Assembly (NCBI GenBank): GCA_963796285.1
Contig: CAWCKW010000010.1
Span: forward strand, 15,717 to 79,716
Length of the DNA: 64,000 nucleotides
Direction of reading: 5' to 3'
Source: Nitrospirota bacterium
GTDB lineage: Bacteria > Nitrospirota > UBA9217
A model generated the notes under the pieces. That model saw only the letters and a program-made list of their open reading frames with translations. It did no database searches and was not told where the DNA came from. Both the position numbers and the translations under genes were made by a program. Positions 52,222 through 63,146 of this stretch are shown one piece after another (the first letter of the stretch is position 1; every line of letters starts with the position of its first letter).

Positions 52222-53164
52222 TTGGCCATATCACCGAAGAAACATATCCCTGAGCTGCTTTTTTTCTCCCTTACCGCAGTTGCGTCCTTTACCGTCATTT
52301 TTTTTATCATCGGCATCATTGCAGTGCTTTTGAAGGAGTCTTCGCTCGCGATAGCGAAGTTCGGGCTGATCGATTTTCTGACTTCGACTGCATGGAACCC
52401 CGTGACCGGACATGTTCGGCGCGGCAACCACCATTTACGGCACATTCGTCACGACCGCCCTCGCCCTGCTCTTCGCCATACCGACTGCCATCGGCATTGC
52501 TATCTTCGTGACCGAGATCGCGCCGAATTTTCTGAAAGCCCCCATCGGTGTTGCCATAGAACTGCTGGCAGCCATCCCGAGCATCATCTACGGCATGTGG
52601 GGACTGTTCACCCTTGCGCCCATCATGTCGAAGTATATCGAGCCCGCGCTCCAGGGCAGCATCGGACAGCTGCCCCTCGTCGGCATCCTGTTCAAGGGCA
52701 CTCCCATGGGCATCGACCTGCTGACGGCGAGCGTCATCCTTGCCATCATGATCATTCCGTTCACGGCGAGCATCGCGCGTGATTCATTCAACCTGACCCC
52801 CTCCGTGGTCAAGGAGTCGGCCTATGCCATCGGGGCAACGAAGTGGGAGGTCGTCAAGAATGTGGTGCTTCCGTACTCCAAGCTGGGCGTGTTCGGCGGT
52901 GTTGCATTGTCCCTGGGCCGGGCGCTGGGCGAGACCATGGCGGTCGCGTTCGTGCTCGGGAACAATCACAAGATCGCCACATCGCTTTTGGACGCAGCGT
53001 CCACCATCACGGTAAGCCTGGCGAATGAATTCACGGAAGCGGACAGCGCGCTCTATCTTTCCTCGCTCTATTATCTGGCGCTCGTACTGTTCGTGATGAG
53101 CTTCATCATTCTTGCGATCGCCAAGTTCTTTCTGCTGAAAGCGGAGAAGAAGTATTCAAGATAA
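52222..53164 (+). CDS. pstC: Phosphate ABC transporter permease, frameshift near 52410
   Basis: WNPV, ELLAAIPSIIYG, GRALGETMAV, LANEFTEA. Confidence 0.9.
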
Positions 53165-53179
53165 AAACGCACGATATCT

Positions 53180-53267
53180 ATCCGCAGATTACACAGATTT
53201 CACCGATTAAACCATGAGGGCAGGTTTTTATCGAACCCGATCTGCGTCATCTGCGAAATCTGCGGAT
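53180..53267. repeat. Intergenic palindrome of 9-bp units
   Basis: atccgcagattacacagatttcaccgatt pairs with atctgcgtcatctgcgaaatctgcggat. Confidence 0.65.
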
Positions 53268-53290
53268 GAGTTTTTCAGGATCACGCTATT

Positions 53291-54133
53291 ATGACCACAG
53301 AACAAAAACGAAAAATAGAAAGCATCGTCGCGCTCGCGCTAAGCGGTCTGGCCGCCGCAATAGGTCTCTTCTGGCTTGTGTATATCCTGGCAGACGTTAT
53401 TATCCATGGCTTGGGCGCTCTTAACCTCAGCCTGTTCTTTAATGACCCCGCGCCCGCGGGCGTTGAAGGCGGAGGGCTCAGAAACGCCTTTGTCGGGCAA
53501 CTGATGATCACACTGGTTGCCACGTTGATCGGGGTCCCTGTCGGTGTTCTGGGCGGGACGTTCCTGGCCGAGTACGCACGGGGGAAAGCGATCGCGAGGA
53601 TCATCAGCATTATTTCCGATATCATGGTCAGCGTTCCGTCCATTGTGATAGGAGCTTTCGTCTATGCGCTTCTTGTCAGGCCGCTCCATCATTTCAGCGG
53701 TTGGGCCGGTGCGTTCGCGCTTTCGATCATCATGATCCCCGTGGTTCTCAGAACAACCGAGGACATGCTGTCACTGGTGCCCTGGACGTTGCGGGAAGCC
53801 GCCTTTGCGCTGGGTGCGCCGCGTTACAAGGTGATCATCCAGGTCGTGTACCGAGGGGCGGCCACGGGCATTCTGACCGGCATTCTGTTGTCCATCGCCC
53901 GTGTCGCAGGTGAAACAGCACCGCTCCTTTTTACGTCCTTCAACAACAATTTTTTTTCAACAGACATGAACCGGCCGCTCGCATCGCTGACGGTCACGAT
54001 CTTCCAATACGCCATGGGGCCCTATAAGAGCTGGCATTCACAGGCGTGGGGCGCCGCCCTGGTCATAACCCTATTCATTCTCATGCTTACTATTGCCGGA
54101 AGACTCATCTTAAAGTGGAGGTATAAGCAGTGA
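53291..54133 (+). CDS. pstA: Phosphate ABC transporter permease
   Basis: [30 protein letters not shown]. Confidence 0.93.
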   Translation: MTTEQKRKIESIVALALSGLAAAIGLFWLVYILADVIIHGLGALNLSLFFNDPAPAGVEGGGLRNAFVGQLMITLVATLIGVPVGVLGGTFLAEYARGKAIARIISIISDIMVSVPSIVIGAFVYALLVRPLHHFSGWAGAFALSIIMIPVVLRTTEDMLSLVPWTLREAAFALGAPRYKVIIQVVYRGAATGILTGILLSIARVAGETAPLLFTSFNNNFFSTDMNRPLASLTVTIFQYAMGPYKSWHSQAWGAALVITLFILMLTIAGRLILKWRYKQ

Positions 54134-54895
54134 CACAAACGATCGAAATCGAGGTCAAGGGCCTGGATTTTTACTATAGCGGCGACGTCCACGCTCTGCA
54201 GAAGATATCGCTTCCGATCTACAAGAACAAGGTCACCGCCCTGATCGGTCCGTCGGGCTGCGGCAAGACGACGCTGCTCAGATGTTTCAACCGGATGCAC
54301 GACCTCTATCCTAAACACCGGTATGAAGGGGAGATCCTTTTTCAGGACAAGAATATTCTGGCGAACGACATCGACCTTATCAATCTTCGCAGCCGCAGTC
54401 GGCATGGTGTTCCAGAAGCCCACTCCTTTCCCCATGAGCATCGCTGAAAATATCGCCTACGGTCTCAGATTGAAGGGCATCAAGAACAAGTCGGAGCTCG
54501 TGGGACGGATCGAAGAGGCGCTCAAACACGCGGCACTCTGGACAGAGGTCAGGGACAAGTTGAACGCGAGCGCCTATGAGCTGTCCGGAGGACAGCAGCA
54601 GCGGCTTGTTATCGCGCGGGCGCTGGCGGTCGAGCCAGAAGTCCTTCTCTTTGACGAGCCCACCTCGGCGCTGGACCCTATTTCAACGGCCAAGATCGAG
54701 GAACTCGTCGTGACCCTGAAAAAGGACGTCACGATCATTATCGTCACGCATAATATGCAGCAGGCCGCACGCGTCTCGGACATGACGGGTTTTCTCTACA
54801 TGGGCGAGCTGATCGAGTACGGGACCACGGAAAAGATCTTCACGAATCCGGACAATAAGCAGACCGACGATTATATAACAGGAAGGTTCGGGTAG
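54130..54895 (+). CDS. pstB: Phosphate ABC transporter ATPase, frameshift near 54395
   Basis: [47 protein letters not shown]. Confidence 0.92.
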
Positions 54896-54905
54896 GAATT
54901 CATTG

Positions 54906-55002
54906 GGTCATGTAGCAAGGGTCATGGGTCACGGAATAAAACCGGATACCCGCGCAATGCGTATTTGAAGTTCCTTGCCCCTTGCTACTTGCCCCTTGAC
55001 CC
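54906..55002. repeat. Intergenic palindrome of heptamer units
   Basis: gggtcat gtagcaa gggtcat gggtcac ... ttgcccc ttgctac ttgcccc ttgaccc. Confidence 0.6.
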
Positions 55003-55023
55003 TATCTTTACAAAGGAGACCAC

Positions 55024-55713
55024 ATGGCCAGACAGAAAGAACAAGACATCGAAGCGCTTAAGGAACGGGTGCTCAAAATGGGGGGCTTTGTCGAAGAGTC
55101 CATCAGAAAGTCCGTAAAGGCATTGGTCGAGCGGGACCGGAATCTGGCTATCGAGGTCATTGACGGCGACGCCATTGTGAACAACTATGACGTGGAGATC
55201 GAGGAGGAGTGCATCCGGTTCCTTGCCATCTGGCAGCCCACGGGCAGCAATCTTCGTTTCATTACGACCGCCATCAAGATCATCACGGACCTCGAACGCA
55301 TGGGCGATCTGGCAGTCGATATCTGCGAGCGCGCGATCGAGCTGAACGAAGAGCCGCCGCTCAAGCCGTATATCGACATCCCGCGCATGGCCGAGGCAGC
55401 TCAGAAGATGCTCAAGGACAGCCTCGATTCTTTTGTGGCCAGGGATGCCAATCTCGCCATGAGCGTGTGCGCGGCCGACGATTTTGTGGACAACCTGAAT
55501 TATCAGATCTTCAATGAATTGCTCTTGTACATGCTTAAAGACCCGAAGAATATCTCACGCGCCGTGCGTCTCAGCTATATCACGAAATATCTGGAGCGCA
55601 TCGCCGACCACGCCACCAATATCGCGGAAATGGTCGTGTATATGGTGCAGGGGAAGGTCATTCGCCATACGGCATGCGAGGCCCGGGGTAATGATAAGCG
55701 GAATTCGATTTGA
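55024..55713 (+). CDS. phoU: Phosphate signalling complex protein PhoU
   Basis: DLERMGDLA, DDFVD, LERIADHATNIAE. Confidence 0.93.
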   Translation: MARQKEQDIEALKERVLKMGGFVEESIRKSVKALVERDRNLAIEVIDGDAIVNNYDVEIEEECIRFLAIWQPTGSNLRFITTAIKIITDLERMGDLAVDICERAIELNEEPPLKPYIDIPRMAEAAQKMLKDSLDSFVARDANLAMSVCAADDFVDNLNYQIFNELLLYMLKDPKNISRAVRLSYITKYLERIADHATNIAEMVVYMVQGKVIRHTACEARGNDKRNSI

Positions 55714-55762
55714 GACAGTGATCGAGTCGCATATGCTCTGTTGTGTGTGAAGGAAGCGGCTG

Positions 55763-57076
55763 TTACACTTTAATATGCAGCAGGGGCAGTCCCAGGCGCT
55801 GTCGCCTGGTCTCACCTTTGAACAGGTCCGCCCTTCTTACCGGAACATCGCCCCGCTCTCCCTCATGCTGGGCCTGGAGCTTCGTCGGCAGGCTTGCCGC
55901 GTGCTGAATGGTGTGCTTTCCGTACTTTGCCGAGATCTCGTCAACGACGCTGTAGACCCTGGCCATCTTATCGATCTTTGTCGTATCATCAAAAAGGTTG
56001 AACTGGACCCCGCCCTCCGCGGCCAGGCCGGCAAGCACGACCCCGGTCTGACGGTATAAGGTCCGGGGTTCGAATACCTGCCCAAAGCCCTGGCGCAGCA
56101 GCCCGAACATCTCCACGGGATAGGCAGTAGGCCGGCTCAGCTTGATCTCCACTCCCTCGCTCGTAAAATCCTGCTTCCTGAGGAACACAACGATCCGCGC
56201 GGCCGCAAGCTTGTACCTCCTCGCCTTGATGCAGGCGTTCTCCAGGTTCTTGGAGAGCTGGGAAAATACAAAACCCTCGTCCATGGAGGGCGGCGTAAAG
56301 GTCCTGGCCTTGCTGATCGACTGGTAGCTGTTCTTGGTCTCCGTGGTGACAGGATACACGCTCCTGCCGTTCAACTCGTGCCAGATCTCCTGATAGGGCT
56401 TTGACAGATGCTTCTTTACGAATCCTTCTTCTTTTCTGGCGAACTGCAAAGCGGTCGTGATCCCGTGCTTTCTCAGAAATGCCGCCGTGTTCGCCCCTAT
56501 GCCCCAGACCTTTTCAGCAGGCAGGTTCTCCAGATAAAGATGAATGTCCCTTCCCGGGATCATGGTGAGACCATTCGGCTTATTGTGCTTTGATCCGATC
56601 TTGGCAAGTACTTTTGAGAGGCTTACCCCGGCTGATACGGTGATCCCCAGCTCTGTCTCGATGGTCTTGCGCATCGTGTCGGCGATCACTTCATACGAAC
56701 CATGATAGCTTCGTCTCAGGCCGGTCAGATCCACAAAGGCCTCGTCAATGGAGTATTCCTCGACATCAGGTGAAAAGCGCCTCAGGATCTCGAACATGCG
56801 GACGGAAAACAGACTGTAGGTCTCATAATCGGACGGAAGGATGACGGCGTCGGGACAGATCTTCTTCACGTCCGAAAGCCGCACCCCGCGCTGAACGCCG
56901 CGTGCCTTGGCCTCGTAGCTCGCTGCGGCGACAATGCCGCGCTCCTTGCCCGTGATCACGGGCCTGCCCTTGAGTTCCGGATGGATCGCCTGCTCGCAGG
57001 ACGCGAAGAACGCATCAGCGTCGATATGCATGATCGCCTGCGGCCAGGAGGAGAGGGATATGAATTGGTTGTCCAT
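55763..57076 (-). CDS. dinB: Y-family DNA polymerase (Pol IV/DinB-like)
   Basis: HIDADAFFAS, AASYEAK, YSIDEAF, VWGIG. Confidence 0.88.
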   Translation of the reverse strand: MDNQFISLSSWPQAIMHIDADAFFASCEQAIHPELKGRPVITGKERGIVAAASYEAKARGVQRGVRLSDVKKICPDAVILPSDYETYSLFSVRMFEILRRFSPDVEEYSIDEAFVDLTGLRRSYHGSYEVIADTMRKTIETELGITVSAGVSLSKVLAKIGSKHNKPNGLTMIPGRDIHLYLENLPAEKVWGIGANTAAFLRKHGITTALQFARKEEGFVKKHLSKPYQEIWHELNGRSVYPVTTETKNSYQSISKARTFTPPSMDEGFVFSQLSKNLENACIKARRYKLAAARIVVFLRKQDFTSEGVEIKLSRPTAYPVEMFGLLRQGFGQVFEPRTLYRQTGVVLAGLAAEGGVQFNLFDDTTKIDKMARVYSVVDEISAKYGKHTIQHAASLPTKLQAQHEGERGDVPVRRADLFKGETRRQRLGLPLLHIKV

Positions 57077-57150
57077 GTTTGATTCACCACGGAGTCACGG
57101 AGAAGATCAGGTTATGCACGTGCCGTTCGCAGCCTCTTTACAGTTTTTTT

Positions 57151-57246
57151 GTCATTCTTGCGGAGCCTGCCCCTGCATGCATTAGGCAGGGGCAGGAATC
57201 CAGTCTTTTCTAAAACCTCTGGATGCCGGATCAAGTCCGGCATGAC
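57151..57246. repeat. REP-like nested palindrome flanking the GIY-YIG gene (left)
   Basis: gtcattcttgc...gcaggaatccag and ctggatgccggatcaagtccggcatgac. Confidence 0.7.
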
Positions 57247-57270
57247 GAAAAAGGACGCTTAGTACAGACA

Positions 57271-57561
57271 CTATTTACAGATGTCTTCATACAAATCATG
57301 CCACTCAGGATTGCTCTCCTCGATCAGCCGCAATTTCTATGAGCGCTTCCACGCCTTGGTCTGTTTTTCTCGTGTTATAGCGCTTTCCGCAGTTTGGTGG
57401 GCTTCATACCAGATAAGAAAGTGCACAAAATATTTCTTCGTGAAACCATCCGCCAGATTGTTTTTATGCTCGTAAACACGCTTGACGAGGTTGGATGTCA
57501 CGCCTGTGTACAGTGTGCCGTTTTGCTTACTACAAAGAATATAGACGTAAAAATTCTTCAT
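57271..57561 (-). pseudogene. Small GIY-YIG nuclease with an in-frame TAG at a conserved Trp
   Basis: FYVYIL...LYTGVT...RVYEH...AITREKQ...KRS*KLRLIEESNPEWHDLY. Confidence 0.82.
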
Positions 57562-57604
57562 AGATAAACGCCATATACGAAGGAGATCATTAATGCCCCA
57601 GGCC

Positions 57605-57704
57605 GTCATTCCGGACTTGATCCGGAATCCAGCGCCTTTTCATACAAACACTAGATTCCTGCCGCAGCCTGCCCCAGCATGATTGAGGCAGGGGCAGGAA
57701 TGAC
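57605..57704. repeat. REP-like nested palindrome flanking the GIY-YIG gene (right)
   Basis: gtcattccggacttgatccggaatccag and ctagattcctgcc...ggcaggaatgac, inverted relative to the left copy. Confidence 0.7.
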
Positions 57705-57901
57705 GTAATAGAGGAGTATAGATTATAATGAGGACATTGCTGCTAAGCAGGTCGAGCTTTATTCCTGTCGATCTTGCAGCCTGTCCAGCCGGTCCTGATA
57801 GAATGAGTGGCAGTCATCGTTCATTTCCTCGATCTTCAGTGTTCTCTTTGCCGGCGCTTTCCGTGCGCTGCGTTGATCGCTCGAACGTAGTATTTTCCCC
57901 T

Positions 57902-58558
57902 TCACTGAAACAAACTTATAATATCCTGAGGATGTTCCAGCAATACCTTTGCCCCTTCTTGTTGTAGCTCTTCACGACTTCGAAACCCCCACAATGCTCC
58001 TACGGCGAACATGCCTGCCGCATTTGCCGTTTTCATGTCAACTCCGCTGTCACCAAGATAGACGAACCCTTCCGGAGGAATACCAAGGCGTTTGGCGATA
58101 TCAAGAGCTCCGGCAGGATCTGGTTTGTTCGGGATTCCGTCCTCTGCGCCAATCACCGGATCGAACTTCCATTTCGATAGAATTTCATATACGCATTTAC
58201 GCGTAAAATCAGCCGGTTTGTTGGACAAGACGGCCATCTTCAGTCCGCGTGCGTGTAAAGCATCCAACATTTCCGGTACTCCAGGATAGGGTTTGGTTTT
58301 GACGTTCCAATGTTCTCCGTACTCTTTGAGGAAAGCCGCGAAACATTCCTCGATCGTATCCGGATCGCGGTTGGTTTCCGGCAACACACGCCCCATCAAT
58401 TGGCGGGCTCCGCTTCCGACTGCGGCCCTGTAGGCAGCCATCGGACGGATAGGCAAACCCCTAGAAGACAAAACCCGATTGGCCGCATATGCGATATCTT
58501 CAAGCGTATCGAGCAGGGTACCATCAAGATCAAAGAGGACTGCTTTATTTTTCATCAT
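57902..58558 (-). CDS. HAD-superfamily phosphatase (phosphoglycolate phosphatase-like)
   Basis: FDLDGTLLD, LSNK, KPDP, GDSGVD. Confidence 0.9.
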   Translation of the reverse strand: MMKNKAVLFDLDGTLLDTLEDIAYAANRVLSSRGLPIRPMAAYRAAVGSGARQLMGRVLPETNRDPDTIEECFAAFLKEYGEHWNVKTKPYPGVPEMLDALHARGLKMAVLSNKPADFTRKCVYEILSKWKFDPVIGAEDGIPNKPDPAGALDIAKRLGIPPEGFVYLGDSGVDMKTANAAGMFAVGALWGFRSREELQQEGAKVLLEHPQDIISLFQ

Positions 58559-58699
58559 TGCTCCAGAGTTTCGAACAATTCGATCAGGAGTCTTTAGGGC
58601 CAGGTCTTTTTCGCTGCATTCCCGCCGCCGGCAACTCAAACATACGTATATTTCAAGGAGAAAGATTTGATAATCATATGAAGGCACCCTATCGGTTCT

Positions 58700-58960
58700 T
58701 TAGCCCCGTTCTGCACGAGGCTTCCATACCATATTCATGTACAGCTTTCCACCCTGCAACTCATCAAGCATCTGATTAAGGCGCTTCAGTTTCGTCGTTT
58801 CCAGTTTCGCGCGAACAATCCAGCCCAGGTAATCATTTTGCTGGTACGGCGGCCGGGCACGATAAGCTTCCATGAGCCCGCGCTCATTCAATGCGTTTCG
58901 CACGAATGCGGGCATAGGGTTCTTTGCGCGGGTTAGACGTGCGGTTTTGGATTCAGGCAT
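58700..58960 (-). CDS. YdeI/OmpD-associated family protein
   Basis: AYRARPPYQQNDYLGWIVRAK...KRLNQMLDEL. Confidence 0.75.
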   Translation of the reverse strand: MPESKTARLTRAKNPMPAFVRNALNERGLMEAYRARPPYQQNDYLGWIVRAKLETTKLKRLNQMLDELQGGKLYMNMVWKPRAERG

Positions 58961-59242
58961 GGTTTATTCTCATGGGGCTAACGACCTCACTCAGAAGGGC
59001 ATGCGTGTCTTGTCTTGCGCTTTTAACTTCTGCAAGGCAATACCGGGAGTCTATCGGGTCAGTTCCTTTGTCATCGTATAATGTCCCGTTCCGGACAGGA
59101 TCGCTACGTCGAGGTATGAAGTACCAGATGGTGAGCGATTTCACTATGCCGATATCCGGATTTCTCGACAGCCACAGAAATGCCGATAACTATCAACATA
59201 GCGGACCTGACCTAATTGTCTCCTGGCGCTGTCAGGCTAGCG

Positions 59243-59855
59243 TTATTGAGATGCTCCGGTCTTTTTGAGCCAGTTTTGCATGAAGTCTATTTCAGCCTGT
59301 TGATTCTTTAAAATGTTTTTTGCAAAGACGGCGGTTTCCGCATGGATGCCCTTGAAGGTCAGGACCTTTTCCGCCATTTCGAGAGCTCCTTTATGATGCA
59401 TAATCATGTCCTGGACATATCGGATGTCCCTTTCCCGGCCAGTCACGCTGTTCAGGTCGCGCATCATGGGCTGGTACATGGCGCCTGTTGGGATGAGGTT
59501 GTACCAGCGGGCATAGGAAAGCCTCATCTCGAGTATTTCATCTGTCTGTGCCTTAAAAATAGATTTCGTCAGCATTTTCAGGTCTGGATCATCAGTGCTC
59601 ACAAAGAGAAGCACCGAACGTATCAACAGCTTCCTGATGGTGTGGGATCATCTCTCTGTAAAAGTCTTTTTCAGAATTGACCATGTCGGCATGAGACATA
59701 TGCATCATGGCCGGGCTGGCAGCTTTATGCTCCATATGCCCTGATGTCTTGTGAGAAGTACCCTGTCCCTGCTCTTCAGCGGTAAGCTGACTTGCAAGTA
59801 TCAGGAAAAATAAAACCGGCAATACACGTAACAATCTCTTGATTAATAAGCTCAT
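59243..59855 (-). CDS. Exported DUF305-like (ferritin-like HH motif) protein, frameshift near 59620
   Basis: Signal peptide, His/Met-rich linker, MIPHHQEAV and MIMHHKGALEMA, QQAEI. Confidence 0.75.
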
Positions 59856-59944
59856 ATCTCTTCCTCCTTGTTTTATTTTTTTAAACACCCCATCTTCCGG
59901 GTAGTTCAACTTTATTTAAATGCACTTGTAATCATTTCATATAT

Positions 59945-60013
59945 TGCATATAACGCTGGCGTTGAGCGGCGGCATGTAGGTGGCCTTTATCGCTGTCCGC
60001 TCGAACTGCTACT
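59945..60013 (-). mobile_element. Degenerate integron attC-like site
   Basis: gcatataac gctggcgttgagcggcggc...gctgtccgctcgaactgcta, directly 3' of the minus-strand gene 60009-60947. Confidence 0.5.
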
Positions 60014-60947
60014 GTGTCAATTCAGGATTGAAAATGCCCCTGAAGAGTGCAATAACTTCTGGGGAGACCTCCAACAACCTCATCTTCTTGCTCTTCCAGT
60101 CCTTATCACACCACTGACCTGTCTTAATGAAGTTCTCATCACCACTTCCGCTGGAGAGTATTTCTTCCCCGATATAGGCGAACTCCTCCACTCCCTTTTC
60201 GGCCGACCGGTACCTTTCCCCATATTGCATATCCTTCCAGCTCTCATCCTGAGGCACACCGCTTAACCTTCGATAATTGTACAACTGATGCCAGAGAATA
60301 TATTTCATCCTATTGATTGCGAGTGTAACAGGTCTTCTGCTTTTCGTCATGTCAGCATAGACTATGCCATTCGGAGACGGTATGCCATACCGCGGGTCTC
60401 TATACCATCGCGCAAACGCTTCGTAACACAAACGACTATCAATTTCTTGGTGGACTTGGAGTATGTGCAAGAATTCGTGTATCAACAAATTCGTCTTGAA
60501 GCGATACATGAATACAGGATCCTCAGGCTTCATTCCCCTTTCTTCGTAAATCGCCCTGTACTGTGATTGAAGCACAGTATTGTCCCAGTCCGGACTGACT
60601 CCAATGTAGCCTTTTGCACGATACGCCTTCGCGGTATTTGCCGAGGAATCCAAAATTATCGGCACCGATGTCAGAAAGGATCTCAGTGATGGGTCGAACA
60701 CCTCAAGCACACTCTTCAATACACTGGCGTTACGCTCTCGCGAGATTGAGACTGCCGCTCTATTGAGAACCCATCTGGGCAAAAACGAGAAGACGGGAGT
60801 CTCAACAATCCGCCGGCTAACGCCGTAAGAGCCAAGCCCAGCGATAACGCGATCCTTCAGGTACATGTTTGCGAGTATCCCGCAACCAAGAAGGAACAAC
60901 GCAACTAAGACTGCATTTCTCATCCCGTGAGGTTTACTGGTCCTCAT
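60009..60947 (-). CDS. Hypothetical membrane-anchored or exported protein with an HEXXH motif
   Basis: N-terminal hydrophobic segment, LIHEFLHILQ, downstream EEFAY. Confidence 0.6.
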   Translation of the reverse strand: MRTSKPHGMRNAVLVALFLLGCGILANMYLKDRVIAGLGSYGVSRRIVETPVFSFLPRWVLNRAAVSISRERNASVLKSVLEVFDPSLRSFLTSVPIILDSSANTAKAYRAKGYIGVSPDWDNTVLQSQYRAIYEERGMKPEDPVFMYRFKTNLLIHEFLHILQVHQEIDSRLCYEAFARWYRDPRYGIPSPNGIVYADMTKSRRPVTLAINRMKYILWHQLYNYRRLSGVPQDESWKDMQYGERYRSAEKGVEEFAYIGEEILSSGSGDENFIKTGQWCDKDWKSKKMRLLEVSPEVIALFRGIFNPELTQ

Positions 60948-61065
60948 GTCTATCCTTCCGCCAATGACAAAGCGTAGACATCACGCTACTGGTTTCTCAA
61001 CGGATGCTTGCTCCGACGTCTGTGCTAATGATAACAAAGGCATATGACGAAACATCCTTTCAAAT

Positions 61066-61115
61066 GCTGAACGACGAGTTGAGCTGCCTTTGGCGGCTCG
61101 AACGATTGGTTATGG
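61066..61115 (-). mobile_element. Integron attC-like site
   Basis: gctgaac gacgagttgagctgcc ttt ggcggctcgaacgattg gttatgg, with AAC...GTT ends and an imperfect stem, 3' of the YARHG ORF. Confidence 0.55.
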
Positions 61116-61119
61116 TTTT

Positions 61120-61677
61120 TTAAAATTTCTCCACTTTCAATTTCTCGTCTTCAAGCTTTGACAGCCACTCAATATAGGCTGCATGGTCTTTCGATATTTT
61201 TTGATCAGAATACGTTTTACTTTCTTTATAGAGAGATCCGGGGTAGTAAAATTGAGCGCGCATGAGCGGATTCTTGAATGGATAACCATATGAGGCGAAA
61301 ACCTTATTCTTCGCATAGCGCAACTCAGCAGCCGTCATGATCCTGTGTCCGTTTGCCGCCTTTATTTTCATGCATGTCGTCGGCCACTGATCTCTTCATC
61401 AACGGAAATCTTGTACTACCTCCAATAATTTTAAAATCATTTTGAGGCTTCAAGTTCTTAATGGACCAAAGAAGCTTATTTCCGTACCATCCAATATTGT
61501 CTTTTGTTCTCTCGCCAGAGTGCCAATAAGAGTACTCGCGGTTGATATATTGGTTTTGTATATCAAGGAAAAATCTTCAATAACTCCTTTCCAGAGAGCG
61601 CCGGTTCGGAGGATATATAAAGTTCCAACCTCCCATTGAATCAAATGTACCGCCGACAGCATACGTGTGCTTTTCAA
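61120..61677 (-). pseudogene. Fragments of a DUF4424-like/YARHG-domain gene
   Basis: YILRTGALWKGVIEDF fragment and LRYAKNKVFASYGYPFK (YARHG-like) fragment in separate short ORFs. Confidence 0.55.
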
Positions 61678-61715
61678 CGCTTAGATAACCGTCCCAGTTC
61701 ATCTTTGGCCTTGCC

Positions 61716-62312
61716 CTATTTATACTTCCTCACCACCGCGGTCACGACGCCTGAGATCTTGAGCTCATTCTTCGGCTTGATGGGCTGATATTTCGGGTTT
61801 GCGGCTACGAGGGTAACGTTGTCCCCACGTTTCCGGAGATACTTCATCGTCCATTCACCGTCCACCTGGGCGATCACGATATCGCCGCTCTTTGGTGTCT
61901 GGCCTTTATCCACAATGACCATATCTCCCGGAAGGATCCCTGCGCCGGACATGGAATCGCCGGCTACCTTGAGCAAAAAGGTGGCCTCGCGGTTCTGGAT
62001 CAGGAAGTCATCGAGGGAGAGGGTGTCGACCAGCTCTTCTTCCGCGGGAGAGGGGAACCCTGCCTCGACAGTTCCCAGGACCTTGACAGGGCTGGCAATG
62101 GAACCGGGAATAAGCCTGCCTGTCCTGTCCCGCTCCAGGACCTTGAGCTTCTCCAGCCTGCCGACGAGCTTGAATACCGCGTTCTTTGACCGCAGACCGG
62201 TTATCTTGCCGATCTCCGAGAAACTGGGCATCCTGCCGTTTTTCTGCTGGAAGCGGGCAATGTCCCGGATGCGGGAGCGGTGCTTTTTGTCCTTGGATAT
62301 CGGTGATGGCAT
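61716..62312 (-). CDS. lexA: LexA-family repressor (HTH plus S24 peptidase)
   Basis: MPSFSEIGKITGLRSKNAV helix, VEAGFP cleavage site, GDSM serine, TMK lysine. Confidence 0.85.
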   Translation of the reverse strand: MPSPISKDKKHRSRIRDIARFQQKNGRMPSFSEIGKITGLRSKNAVFKLVGRLEKLKVLERDRTGRLIPGSIASPVKVLGTVEAGFPSPAEEELVDTLSLDDFLIQNREATFLLKVAGDSMSGAGILPGDMVIVDKGQTPKSGDIVIAQVDGEWTMKYLRKRGDNVTLVAANPKYQPIKPKNELKISGVVTAVVRKYK

Positions 62313-62325
62313 AGATAGAGTATAA

Positions 62326-62341
62326 GTGAACGAACGTTCAC
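62326..62341. promoter_or_regulatory. Candidate LexA operator GTGAAC-N4-GTTCAC
   Basis: Perfect 6-bp arms, adjacent to a minus-strand TATACT (62319-62324), between divergent lexA and SRAP genes. Confidence 0.65.
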
Positions 62342-62417
62342 CTGTCAAGGATTTTCTGGATTTTTGTCACGGGGTTGCAGCGACGTGCTATACTTTCAAC
62401 AGGTTAGGTGATCGGTC

Positions 62418-63086
62418 ATGTGCGGACGCTTTGAGATACATAGCGCCCCTGATATTATCGCGAAGATCTTCGGGACGGCTGAAGGGGGCATTGAGTCCCC
62501 TCCCTGCTATAACATCGCGCCCAGCCAGGACATCCTGATCGTCATCAATGACGGCAAGCGGAAGCTCATCAAATCCCGATGGGGCTTTGTGCCGTCCTGG
62601 TCCAGGGACCTGAACACCGGCTATCGGATGATCAATGCCTGTGCCGAGACCGCTGCAGGCAGCGGGGCGTTCAAGTCCGCCTTCGAGAAACAACGGTGTC
62701 TTGTGGTGGCTGACGGGTTCTATGAGTGGCGAAAGGAAGGGACAGCCAAGAAGCCGTTCTATATTCGGCTCAAGTCGCACAAGCCGTTTGGTTTTGCCGG
62801 ACTGTACAGCATTTGGACGTCACCGGAAGGCGAGCGCCTGTATACGAGTACGATCATGACGACCAATGCGAACGAACTGGTCATGCCGATACACGACCGG
62901 ATGCCGGTCATTACCCCGGCGGACAAATATGCCGTATGGCTGGATCCCGGGACCAAGGATAGTCCGGCGTTGCAGGAAGTGTTGCGTCCCTACCCGTCAG
63001 GGGAGATGGAATGCTTCCCGGTAACGCCCAAGGTGAACTCTGTTAAATACAATTCGCCGGAAAATATAAAGCCGCTGGACGCATAG
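62418..63086 (+). CDS. SOS response-associated peptidase (SRAP/YedK/HMCES family)
   Basis: MCGRF N-terminus, YNIAPSQ, GFYEW, HDRMPVI. Confidence 0.93.
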   Translation: MCGRFEIHSAPDIIAKIFGTAEGGIESPPCYNIAPSQDILIVINDGKRKLIKSRWGFVPSWSRDLNTGYRMINACAETAAGSGAFKSAFEKQRCLVVADGFYEWRKEGTAKKPFYIRLKSHKPFGFAGLYSIWTSPEGERLYTSTIMTTNANELVMPIHDRMPVITPADKYAVWLDPGTKDSPALQEVLRPYPSGEMECFPVTPKVNSVKYNSPENIKPLDA

Positions 63087-63146
63087 AGCCAGCGTGGTTG
63101 TCAGGACTCCGGCAATGAATGATGAGCAGCTAAGGAGGGGAGCCTT

